A stretch of 32,000 nucleotides of DNA, from contig NC_000917.1 in NCBI RefSeq assembly GCF_000008665.1, positions 1,620,001 through 1,652,000 of the forward strand, read 5' to 3'. Numbering within the stretch: the first letter of the stretch is position 1; each line of letters begins with the position of its first letter. Shown piece by piece: positions 9,430 to 17,375 of this stretch. The position numbers were made by a program, and so were the translations under genes. The stretch comes from Archaeoglobus fulgidus DSM 4304. GTDB lineage: Archaea; Halobacteriota; Archaeoglobi; Archaeoglobales; Archaeoglobaceae. The notes under the pieces are model-generated. The model was not told the DNA's origin. It saw only the letters and a program-made list of their open reading frames with translations, and did not search any database.

Positions 9430-10328
9430 AGGTTGATGTTGAGGTTTTGAGGAACTTTGAAGAAAGGTTAAATCCCGCCAAACCAGAAAACATCAAAATA
9501 ATTGGCTACGGTGAAATAAGCACCGTGTTTGAGCTGCCTGAGCTTCCGGGAATTGCATTAAAAAGAATCCCAAACTTCAAATCAGTCGAGCAGGTGAAGA
9601 GGTACATTGAAGTCTATTTTGAGTATATTGAGCTGCTGGAAGGGGCTGGGTTGAGGGTGCCTGATAGTGATGCGACCTTTGTTGAAAGAAGGGATGGAAA
9701 AACAGTCCTCTACATAGCCCAGAAAATGGTCGGGAATGTGGGGAACAAGGTTATTCAGACGGCCAAAGCAGATGAGGCAGAAGAGGTTTTTGGCAGAGTT
9801 CTTGCCGAAATGAAGAAGGTCTGGGATTTTAATGCCGAGAGAAGGGAAGAGGGGCTGGAGATAGGCATTGACGGACAGATATCCAACTGGGCCATAATGG
9901 AGGAGATTTACTACTTTGACACCTCAACACCAATGATTCGGAAAAATGGAATTCATCAGCTTGATACGGAGGTTTTCCTGCAGGCCTGCCCCCCGGGAAT
10001 AAGAATTCTGCTGAAAAAGATTTTTCTGCAGGATATACTGGACAGGTACTTCGATTTCAGGAAAGTTGTGGTGGACATGATAGCCAACCTTTACAAGGAG
10101 GGGAGGGAGGATTTGATTCCCATAGCTATTAACCTCGCCAACGAGTTTTTCAAGCTCAACGGCTACGACTTTGAGGCAATTACAGCCAAAGAAGTGGAGA
10201 AGTACTACAAAGAGGATGCCTTCATCTGGAGCCTCTACCTTAACCTGAGGAAAGTGCACAGATTCATCCTTACAAAGGCTCTCTTCGGCAGATACGAGTA
10301 CATTCTCCCCGGAAAAATCAGGAGATAG
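9426..10328 (+). CDS. Uncharacterised protein with protein-kinase-like (PKL) motif spacing
   Basis: The ATG overlaps the aminotransferase stop (ATGA at 9426-9429). It has a Gly-rich loop IGYGEISTVF (aa 26-35), Lys46 in IALKR, a D149-x4-N154 catalytic-loop-like GIDGQISNW, and D165 in YYFDTSTP. The spacing is compatible with the kinase/APH fold. No family name is assigned. Confidence 0.6.
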   Translation: MKVDVEVLRNFEERLNPAKPENIKIIGYGEISTVFELPELPGIALKRIPNFKSVEQVKRYIEVYFEYIELLEGAGLRVPDSDATFVERRDGKTVLYIAQKMVGNVGNKVIQTAKADEAEEVFGRVLAEMKKVWDFNAERREEGLEIGIDGQISNWAIMEEIYYFDTSTPMIRKNGIHQLDTEVFLQACPPGIRILLKKIFLQDILDRYFDFRKVVVDMIANLYKEGREDLIPIAINLANEFFKLNGYDFEAITAKEVEKYYKEDAFIWSLYLNLRKVHRFILTKALFGRYEYILPGKIRR

Positions 10329-10367
10329 CCTTAAAGGCCAGAGATGAAACCATAAAGGGAAACCTGC

Positions 10368-10372
10368 TTTTT
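10368..10372 (+). terminator. Oligo-T run downstream of the kinase-like gene
   Basis: T5, 40 nt after the stop at 10328, ahead of the next promoter. Confidence 0.3.
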
Positions 10373-10439
10373 ATCTCCGCTATTATACCCAGCACAGTGA
10401 TTTATTTCGGATATCACACGACCGATTTTAATGAAAAAT

Positions 10440-10448
10440 CTTAAATTT
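10440..10448 (+). promoter_or_regulatory. TATA-like box of the TetR operon
   Basis: The sequence cttaaattt is centred about 24 nt upstream of ATG 10468, implying a leaderless or near-leaderless transcript. Confidence 0.45.
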
Positions 10449-10467
10449 CTGACTACAAAGTAACCTT

Positions 10468-10977
10468 ATGACTGACCAGTCAGTCAGGATAATCGAAGCT
10501 GCCCTAAGGCTTTACATGAAAAAGCCGCCGCACGAAGTGAGCATTGAGGAGATAGCGAGAGAGGCAAAGGTGTCGAAGAGCCTCATCTTTTACCACTTCG
10601 AAAGCAAGCAGAAGCTTCTTGAGGAGGCTGTGATGCATGCTTTCAGGAAAATGATGGAGGAGTTCAATCCGAGAAGTGTTGAGGAAGTCGTTGACTACGG
10701 CATTGGCTTCATCGCCGAAAGGAGGGAGTTTATAGAGTTCATGATGTATGCTTTGAGTCAGGTCAGGATAGAGGAGCTTGAAAGAATGTTTGGTGAAGCC
10801 CTTGAGAAAGTAGCCTCACTCTTTGAGGGTTGCCGCCATCCGAGGGAGACGGCGATTGCCTTAATGGCCATGCTCGACGGCCTGTCTATCTACTCCCTCT
10901 ACTTCGACCTTGGAAAGCTGGAGAAATACAGAGAAATTGCGATGGAATTTGTCGAGAGCAGGAGGGTGAGAGCATGA
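10468..10977 (+). CDS. TetR-family transcriptional regulator
   Basis: N-terminal TetR HTH (VSIEEIAREAKVSKSLIFYHFESKQKLL), 169 aa. The stop overlaps the next ATG (ATGA at 10974-10977). Confidence 0.92.
   Translation: MTDQSVRIIEAALRLYMKKPPHEVSIEEIAREAKVSKSLIFYHFESKQKLLEEAVMHAFRKMMEEFNPRSVEEVVDYGIGFIAERREFIEFMMYALSQVRIEELERMFGEALEKVASLFEGCRHPRETAIALMAMLDGLSIYSLYFDLGKLEKYREIAMEFVESRRVRA
10469..10486 (+). promoter_or_regulatory. Perfect inverted repeat TGACTGAC-CA-GTCAGTCA, candidate TetR auto-operator
   Basis: 8-bp perfect arms with a 2-bp spacer, starting at the second nucleotide of the TetR start codon, i.e. on the predicted TSS of a leaderless mRNA. Confidence 0.5.
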
Positions 10978-12410
10978 GGTTTGTTTTGGCTTTGCTGGCG
11001 TTTTTAGCTTTAGCAGCTCAGGCGACTGCACAGCCTGTCATAACCCTCAACCACCATACAATACCCGAAAATCCCTCCATCGGATACTTCATAATCTCCA
11101 TAGACATCTCCAATGCTGGAGAAAATGCGAGAGGCTTGAGCCTTTACGTTACAGAGAATGAGGAGGGGTTTTACCTCATAAATCCCGACAGTGGGGAGAA
11201 AACCTCTTCAGTCTATCTGGACCTTGGCGACCTCTCTGCTGGGAGCACTTCAGCTCAGATAAAGGCTTATGCGGAGAAATCAGGTTTGTATGCGTTAAAG
11301 GCAAGCCTGAGCTACAGGAACGAGAGCGGAAGTGAGTTTGGCATTGAGGGCGTTTTTGGTATTGCCGTTTACGACTTGCCCTTCATCTATGCCGGAAGCA
11401 CAATCGAAATTCGGCCGGATGAGAGCAGAGAAGCGGAGGTTATGCTTAGAAACTTGGGAGGAGATGTTGAGAGTGCAGTAATCATCCTCAATTCGGATTT
11501 CATAACTTCAGACACCGCCCTTATTGAATCATGGAGCAGAGGGGAAACGAAGAAAGTTGTTCTGGGACTGAAGGCGGATTCCGATGCTGTAGCGGGAGTT
11601 TATGAGGCTAAAATCATTGTTGATTACAGGAGCGAGTTTGGTGAAAAGGGGGTTGCTGAGGTTCCCGTTTTAGTCAAAATCGTGTCAGAGCCTGAGGTAA
11701 CCCTTGAAGTTTCCACTTTTCCGGAGAAGGTTTACGCTGACTCGGACTTCAGCCTTAAAGTTGCAATTACGGCAAAGAACTCCAAACTTTCAGGACTAAC
11801 GGCATCATTAGAGGCGGAGAGGTTTGATGGAGAGAAGAAGAAGTATGTCGGAACTGTTGAGGCTGGAGAAAAGGCCGTGATTAACTTCTCACTCAAATCA
11901 CCAAGAGAGAGCGGTGAGTATGATGTTAAGCTTGTTTTGAGGACTGAAAGCTTTGCCAAGAACTTCTCCGTACCACTTTACATCTCGGACTACGGCAGAA
12001 TCTCCATTGACCTCGCTGGAGTTTACACCTCTCCACAAAGGGTGGTTGAGGGAGACAGCTTTAAGCTCTCCATTCAGGTGGAGAACAGCGGAGAGCAGGA
12101 TGCCAAGGCCGTTGCGGTTAACCTTATACTTCCAGAAGGGCTTGAGGGAAGGAGGAGCTACTTCATCGGCTCTCTCAGCAGCGGTGATTCTGCAACCGCA
12201 ACCTTCGAAATGAGGGCTTTGAAGGCAGGAAGCCAGAAGATTGTTGCAGAAATAACCTACATGGACAAAACCTTTGAAAAGCATAAAGCTGAGAGGGAAT
12301 TTGAGGTCTACGTTTTCTCCGCCGACCGCTCTGGAGTGATTGCCGGACTTTTGGCTCTCATTGGAGTTGTAGCTGCAATCGCATGGCTCAGAATGAGGAG
12401 GAAGGCCTGA
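10974..12410 (+). CDS. Secreted, C-terminally membrane-anchored surface protein with about four tandem Ig-like (CARDB/COG1361-type) modules
   Basis: Signal peptide MRFVLALLAFLALAAQATAQP from ATG 10974; the tracked 10830 start runs through the TetR gene. It has repeated ~100-aa beta-rich modules and a C-terminal TM helix plus basic tail (VIAGLLALIGVVAAIAWLRMRRKA). Confidence 0.8.
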   Translation: MRFVLALLAFLALAAQATAQPVITLNHHTIPENPSIGYFIISIDISNAGENARGLSLYVTENEEGFYLINPDSGEKTSSVYLDLGDLSAGSTSAQIKAYAEKSGLYALKASLSYRNESGSEFGIEGVFGIAVYDLPFIYAGSTIEIRPDESREAEVMLRNLGGDVESAVIILNSDFITSDTALIESWSRGETKKVVLGLKADSDAVAGVYEAKIIVDYRSEFGEKGVAEVPVLVKIVSEPEVTLEVSTFPEKVYADSDFSLKVAITAKNSKLSGLTASLEAERFDGEKKKYVGTVEAGEKAVINFSLKSPRESGEYDVKLVLRTESFAKNFSVPLYISDYGRISIDLAGVYTSPQRVVEGDSFKLSIQVENSGEQDAKAVAVNLILPEGLEGRRSYFIGSLSSGDSATATFEMRALKAGSQKIVAEITYMDKTFEKHKAEREFEVYVFSADRSGVIAGLLALIGVVAAIAWLRMRRKA

Positions 12411-13106
12411 ATGCTGAGGCTTGAGGATGTCTGGAAAGTTTACCAGATGGGAAAGGTCGAGGTTAGCGCTCTCAGGGGGATAAATCTTGAAATAGAGCGG
12501 GGAGAGTTCATGGTCGTTCTGGGCCCCTCAGGCTGCGGTAAGACGACGATGCTGAACATAATTGGGGGAATTGACAGGCCAACAAGGGGAAGGGTGATTT
12601 TTGATGGTAAGGATATCACGAATTACAATGAAGACAGGCTCACCATGCACAGGAGAAATAACGTTGGCTTCATTTTTCAGTTCTTCAACCTCATTCCAAC
12701 ATTAACTGCAAGGGAAAACGTGGAGATTGCAGCAGATTTGGTTGAGAGCCCGAGGGATGTGGATGAGGTGCTGAAGATGGTCGGACTTGCTGACAGGGCG
12801 GAGCACTTCCCGGCAGAGCTGAGCGGTGGAGAGCAGCAGAGAGTTGCCATAGCAAGGGCTCTGGTTAAGAACCCGCCAATAATTCTCGCTGACGAGCCAA
12901 CTGGCAGTCTGGACTTCGAAACTGGAAAGGCTGTGCTGAAGGTCATGAGAGAGATAAACAGGAAGGAGGGAATAACCTTTGTTCTCGTCACACACAACTC
13001 CGCCATTGCAGCCATTGCCGACAGGGTGGTTTATCTGAGGGATGGAAAGGTTGAGAGGGTTGAGAGGAATCTCCATCCGGCTGACCCCGATGAAATCCAG
13101 TGGTAG
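12411..13106 (+). CDS. ABC transporter ATP-binding protein (MacB/LolD-type)
   Basis: Walker [10 protein letters not shown], signature [15 protein letters not shown] and Walker [12 protein letters not shown]. It starts directly after the preceding stop. Confidence 0.95.
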   Translation: MLRLEDVWKVYQMGKVEVSALRGINLEIERGEFMVVLGPSGCGKTTMLNIIGGIDRPTRGRVIFDGKDITNYNEDRLTMHRRNNVGFIFQFFNLIPTLTARENVEIAADLVESPRDVDEVLKMVGLADRAEHFPAELSGGEQQRVAIARALVKNPPIILADEPTGSLDFETGKAVLKVMREINRKEGITFVLVTHNSAIAAIADRVVYLRDGKVERVERNLHPADPDEIQW

Positions 13107-15417
13107 CATTTTGAGGAAAAAGCTCCTCAGGGACATTAAGGAGCAGAAGGGGCTTTTTGCAGCCACCACCTTCATCCTCTTTCTCGGCGTTACAATTTTC
13201 TGCGCCTTCTACCTTTCTTACCTGAACCTCAACGACACCTACGAGAGCTTTTACGAGAGCAGCAATTTCGAGGACATCTCAGTTAAGGCGGTTGAGATAA
13301 CGGAGGAGGAAATTGAGAGGGTGAAAAAACTGGATGGTGTTTTGGAGGTTCAGCCGAGGATTTCGGTTTCGGGAAAGGTTAAAGTTGATGGCAAAGAAGT
13401 CGCAGCCCTTGTAATCTCCCTTCCAGAAAAAGAAACAATCAACCGTCTTTACGTTGCTGAGGGGGAGAGGGGATTTGCGGTTATAAAGAAATTCGCAGAC
13501 TACTACGGCATAGAGGTTAACACTCCCTTGGAGGTGAGCTTTGCAGGTTTTGAATACAAAAAGCCCCTGGAAGCTCTTGTTTACTCACCTGAGTTTATCC
13601 TGATTTATGAAGAGGGGGAGGAGACCTTCACTCCCTCTCCCGGCTCATACGCAATCGTTTACATTCCGGAAAAGGACATGCTAAAAGCAGGGTTGAAGTT
13701 CAACGAGCTCAAGATAAGGGTGGCTGAAAAGGAGAGGAATGAGGAAATTCTCAGGAAAGTTTTAACAATTCTCGGCGACAAGGTTGAGGAGTTTCACACG
13801 GGTGAAAATCAGGTGAGCAGAAAGCTCCTCAAGGAAGACCTTGAGGGGTTCAGGGGACTGGCAGTGCTCTTTCCAGCATTTTTCATCCTTGTCTCAATTT
13901 TCATGACCTACGCTTTGCTTTCGAGAATTTTCAGGCTTCAGCTCGGCAACATTGCTGTGATGAGGGCTCTCGGATTCACAAGAAACGAGATAATGCTGCA
14001 CTACCTGCAATACCCTCTCCTCATGGGCTTCTTTGCCTCCACCGCTGGACTGGTGGCGGGCTTCTTTGCCTCGCAGCTATTAACTTCCCAATACATCACC
14101 TTCCTCAACCTCCCCTACTACGTCTCAAAGCCCCACTTGGAGGTTTACTCCCTCTCCCTGATGGCAGGCACTCTCACCCCCACAATTTCCGGCTTTCTGG
14201 TTGCATATCAGGCTTCGAGGGTTGACATTGTAAAGGCGTTGAGGGGCTACGCTGAGGTTGCAGCAGTTAGCTTCATTGCAAGGATTGACGCCCTCTTCTC
14301 CAGAATCTGGAGGATGCGCCTGATTTTCAGATTGGCTTTGAGAAACATCTTCAGAAGCAAGAGGAGAACTGCGATATCAATCTTCAGCATCGTTGCCTGC
14401 ACCTCACTCATTCTGAACTCCATGGTCTTCGTTGACTCCTTTGACTACGTCATGCAGCTGCAGTTCGGAAAGGTTTACGCCTACGACATCAAGGTGAGCC
14501 TTGAGGGCTATGATGGGAAAGAAGTTTTAGAAAAGGTAAGGAAGATGGACGGTGTGCTTTTTGCAGAGCCTGCCGTTGAGATGCCCATTTACGTTGAAAA
14601 GGGTGGTGAGGCAGTCCCAACCCTGCTCATAGCATCGAACTTTCAGACTCTCTACAACGTTTACAATGCTGAGGGGGAGAAGCTAATCCCGTCCGAAGGC
14701 ATAATTTTCTCAAAAACAGCCATGAAGAACCTCTCGCTGGTGGAGGGTGAGAAAGTTTCCGTTTACACCGAATTTGGAAAACTTGAGGCTGAAGTGGAGG
14801 ACGTGGAGATGATTCCTCTGCTTTCTGTCGCAACGGCAAGCTTGGATTACTTCAGCAGGATTTCAGGAGTTGATGGGTTCAACAGGATTGTGGTTGATGC
14901 AGACGAGGGAAGAATTGCGGAAATTGCTGAGAAAATCAGGCAGATGGATGGTGTGAAGAAGGTGAGCACAGTGATAGAGGCACAGGAATCCATTGAGGAG
15001 CTCATGGGATTTTTCTACGCTTTCATAGCCTTCTCCCTCTTCTTTGGCGTATCACTCGGCTTTGCTGCCGTTTTCAACACTACCAGCATCAGCGTGATTG
15101 AGAGGAGCAGGGAGCTTGCAACGCTCAGGATGCTGGGCTACACTTCCAGAGAAATCATAATTTCGCTCATTTTAGAAAACCTGTTTGTTGCAATCCTCGG
15201 GCTTGTTTTTGCCTTACCAATTGCTTATTCAACAGCCTACTTCTTCTTCTCCTCCTTTGAAAGCGAGCTTTACTACATGCCGATGGTCATCTATCCAAGA
15301 ACCTTCGCCGCCACAGTTTTGGCAGTATTTGCAATAATCCTCCTCGCTCTGCTGCCCTCAGCCAGAAGAGTTTCGGAGATGGATATAGCGAAGGTGACAA
15401 AGGAGATAGTGAGCTGA
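13090..15417 (+). CDS. ABC transporter permease with duplicated FtsX/MacB-type domains
   Basis: The 775-aa protein has two repeats of TM1, a large extracytoplasmic domain and a three-TM FtsX core (MRALGFTRNEI... and LRMLGYTSREI...). ATG 13090 is preferred; it overlaps the ATPase gene by 17 nt. Confidence 0.9.
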   Translation: MKSSGSILRKKLLRDIKEQKGLFAATTFILFLGVTIFCAFYLSYLNLNDTYESFYESSNFEDISVKAVEITEEEIERVKKLDGVLEVQPRISVSGKVKVDGKEVAALVISLPEKETINRLYVAEGERGFAVIKKFADYYGIEVNTPLEVSFAGFEYKKPLEALVYSPEFILIYEEGEETFTPSPGSYAIVYIPEKDMLKAGLKFNELKIRVAEKERNEEILRKVLTILGDKVEEFHTGENQVSRKLLKEDLEGFRGLAVLFPAFFILVSIFMTYALLSRIFRLQLGNIAVMRALGFTRNEIMLHYLQYPLLMGFFASTAGLVAGFFASQLLTSQYITFLNLPYYVSKPHLEVYSLSLMAGTLTPTISGFLVAYQASRVDIVKALRGYAEVAAVSFIARIDALFSRIWRMRLIFRLALRNIFRSKRRTAISIFSIVACTSLILNSMVFVDSFDYVMQLQFGKVYAYDIKVSLEGYDGKEVLEKVRKMDGVLFAEPAVEMPIYVEKGGEAVPTLLIASNFQTLYNVYNAEGEKLIPSEGIIFSKTAMKNLSLVEGEKVSVYTEFGKLEAEVEDVEMIPLLSVATASLDYFSRISGVDGFNRIVVDADEGRIAEIAEKIRQMDGVKKVSTVIEAQESIEELMGFFYAFIAFSLFFGVSLGFAAVFNTTSISVIERSRELATLRMLGYTSREIIISLILENLFVAILGLVFALPIAYSTAYFFFSSFESELYYMPMVIYPRTFAATVLAVFAIILLALLPSARRVSEMDIAKVTKEIVS

Positions 15418-15418
15418 T

Positions 15419-15664
15419 TCAGAACCTGAAGCCGCTTGCCCTCAACCTCTCATATTCTTTTCTTAACTTTTCAAGCGTGCTCTCCTCAACGTAGGGAATC
15501 ACAGCCCCACATTTGATGCAGAGCCATGGATAGGCATCTATTCCTCTCCCCAGCTTTGCCAGTCCCTTTTCCCATGGAGCCCTCCAGAAGTATCTTGAAT
15601 AGCCTGCCTGATTGGTCCTGCTCCTCACCATCTCTCCACCGCAGAGCGGGCACTTCCTTTCCAT
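15419..15664 (-). CDS. Small zinc-ribbon protein (hypothetical)
   Basis: CPLCGG ... CIKCG, two CxxC pairs in 81 aa. ATG 15664 is preferred over the tracked TTG at 15679. Convergent with the permease gene. Confidence 0.5.
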   Translation of the reverse strand: MERKCPLCGGEMVRSRTNQAGYSRYFWRAPWEKGLAKLGRGIDAYPWLCIKCGAVIPYVEESTLEKLRKEYERLRASGFRF

Positions 15665-15713
15665 GCCATGTTTTCTCAAGTAGCATTTATTAAATTTTCA
15701 GTCAACTACACAC

Positions 15714-16520
15714 ATGGATTTGCTTGAGCTCATCGATGATGCTGCGGCGATGATGCCAAAGGAGAGAATGGTTGTTGTGGAGGAGGATGTCATAACCGTA
15801 GTGGGAGACGTTCATGCTGACATAGAGGCTTTGAGAAAGATTGAAAGGGAGATTGAAGGTCTTGCGATATTTCTTGGGGATTATGCGGACAGGGGAGATT
15901 ATCCTGTCGAGTGCTACGAGAAGGTTCTCAGGCTTTTTCTTGAGGGCAAAGCTCTGCTTCTGCGGGGAAACCACGAAAGCACGGGAGTTTATCCCCACCA
16001 GCTTCCCTACCAGCTGAGGGAAAAATTCGGGGAGCGGGGTGAGGAGGTTTACGAGAGCCTGATCAGAATGTGGAACAAAATGCCCCTCTCTGCAATTGTT
16101 GAGGGCGAAATCTGGATGGCCCACGGTGGTGTGCCAACCAAGCAGTGCAGGATTCACGCTGAGGGAATATCAAGAAAGGAAATCGAGCGGCCTGACGACA
16201 TCACGGCTTTAGAAATCATGTGGAACGACCCGTGGGAGAGGGAGGAGTGCGGGGAGAACTACAACAGGGGGGTGATGTACTTTTTCGGTAAGAAGAATTC
16301 CGAAATGCTTTTGAAGGAACTTGGGGTTAAGGTTATAATCAGGGCTCACGAACCCCAGAAAGTTCTGAAGGCTGAGCAGGATGGTAGGGTTGTAACAATC
16401 GGCTCCTGCGCTTTGCCGTATTCCATTTCCGAGTTCGCACTCCTGAAGATCGACTTTTCTCGCGGCTTTAAAAACGGGGTTGATTTGATTAGAAAATTTG
16501 GTTCCATTTATAATGTATAA
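15714..16520 (+). CDS. PPP-family Ser/Thr protein phosphatase (metallophosphoesterase)
   Basis: GDVHAD, GDYADRG, GNHE, HGG and RAHE motifs in the canonical order. Confidence 0.9.
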   Translation: MDLLELIDDAAAMMPKERMVVVEEDVITVVGDVHADIEALRKIEREIEGLAIFLGDYADRGDYPVECYEKVLRLFLEGKALLLRGNHESTGVYPHQLPYQLREKFGERGEEVYESLIRMWNKMPLSAIVEGEIWMAHGGVPTKQCRIHAEGISRKEIERPDDITALEIMWNDPWEREECGENYNRGVMYFFGKKNSEMLLKELGVKVIIRAHEPQKVLKAEQDGRVVTIGSCALPYSISEFALLKIDFSRGFKNGVDLIRKFGSIYNV

Positions 16521-16526
16521 TTTTTT
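16521..16526 (+). terminator. Oligo-T run immediately after the phosphatase stop
   Basis: T6 directly following TAA 16518-16520. Confidence 0.4.
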
Positions 16527-16560
16527 CATGTAATAAAGCTGAAATACTATCGATTTAGTA

Positions 16561-16570
16561 AAATTTATTA
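16561..16570 (+). promoter_or_regulatory. TATA-like box of the fqo operon
   Basis: The sequence aaatttatta is centred about 28 nt upstream of the fqoJ ATG (16594). No other gap exists in the next 11 kb of same-strand genes. Confidence 0.5.
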
Positions 16571-16593
16571 GTGTGTGGCTGTGACTTCGGGAC

Positions 16594-17058
16594 ATGAACA
16601 TCGACACACTGATAATAGCTGTCGCCGGTCTTTTTGCCGTTGCGTCGTCCATCGGTGTTCTGCTGACGAAGGATAACTTTTACGCTGCGCTTTACATGTC
16701 GGTGACGATGCTCTTCGTTGCAGCGATTTACGCGGCGTTCAACATCCAACCAGTGGTCGTTATAATAGCTTTGATATTCGTTGGAGCCGTTGGCATCGTA
16801 ACAGTGGCCATTGCAGCCACCTACAGGGCGGGAGTTTCGAGGAAGGTCAACATCTTCTGGGTTGTGCCGGTTATAGTCGTGTTTGCGATTCTCGCCTTAG
16901 CCTACGCGAGTATGGCTGTGGAGAGCATTGAGGTCGTGAATCCGGAGGTGTTCTCGGCGGTTGCAACCGACTACTTCTTCGTTGTCGCTTTCCTCTTCAC
17001 TCTGGTCGTTTTGATGATGCTTTCGGCAATAAAACTCGCACGGAGGGTTGACCTGTGA
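16594..17058 (+). CDS. fqoJ: F420H2:quinone oxidoreductase subunit J (NuoJ homologue)
   Basis: A 154-aa polytopic membrane protein at the first position of a complex-I-like operon whose order matches the published fqoJKMLNABCDHIF. Confidence 0.85.
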   Translation: MNIDTLIIAVAGLFAVASSIGVLLTKDNFYAALYMSVTMLFVAAIYAAFNIQPVVVIIALIFVGAVGIVTVAIAATYRAGVSRKVNIFWVVPVIVVFAILALAYASMAVESIEVVNPEVFSAVATDYFFVVAFLFTLVVLMMLSAIKLARRVDL

Positions 17059-17375
17059 TGGTGCCTGATGTGTCCAATTTCGCGGTAATTTTGACAACCT
17101 CGGGAGCGATTCTGCTGATTGCCTACCTCACAGCAATTTCTGCCAGGGATGTGATTCGCCTTCTGATCAGCCTTGAGCTGATGTTCGCTGCTGTGTTCCT
17201 CGCCATAGTTCCTCTGTTCTCAATTAACCCTCCAATGGCTTACGCAGTAGCGATAATAACGGCTTTTACGAGCAGCACAGAGCTCATGGTTCTTGTGACG
17301 GCGATAATACTGCTTGACAGGAGGAAGAGAGGTATCGATGTAGATAAGGTGGCTGTAGGAGGGGATAGCTTATGA
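17055..17375 (+). CDS. fqoK: F420H2:quinone oxidoreductase subunit K (NuoK homologue)
   Basis: About 105 aa with three TM helices and a membrane-embedded Glu (SLELMF). Start is GTG 17055 or ATG 17058, both overlapping the fqoJ stop. Confidence 0.85.
   Translation: MMVPDVSNFAVILTTSGAILLIAYLTAISARDVIRLLISLELMFAAVFLAIVPLFSINPPMAYAVAIITAFTSSTELMVLVTAIILLDRRKRGIDVDKVAVGGDSL

Noticed and set aside
10391-10455. Possible C/D-box sRNA in the 139-nt gap before the TetR gene (GTGATTT ... ATGAAAA ... CTGA)
   Set aside because: The box C and C' candidates each deviate at 2 of 7 positions from RUGAUGA. There is no convincing D' box and no terminal stem. The region is better explained as terminator plus promoter.
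10830-10973. N-terminal extensions of tracked ORFs that run through upstream genes (10830, 13042, 5122, 25683, 26407, 972, 20769, 22345)
   Set aside because: In each case an internal ATG gives a stop/start overlap, a signal peptide or an SD-like sequence. The extension also overlaps a well-supported upstream CDS, so the longest-ORF starts were not adopted.
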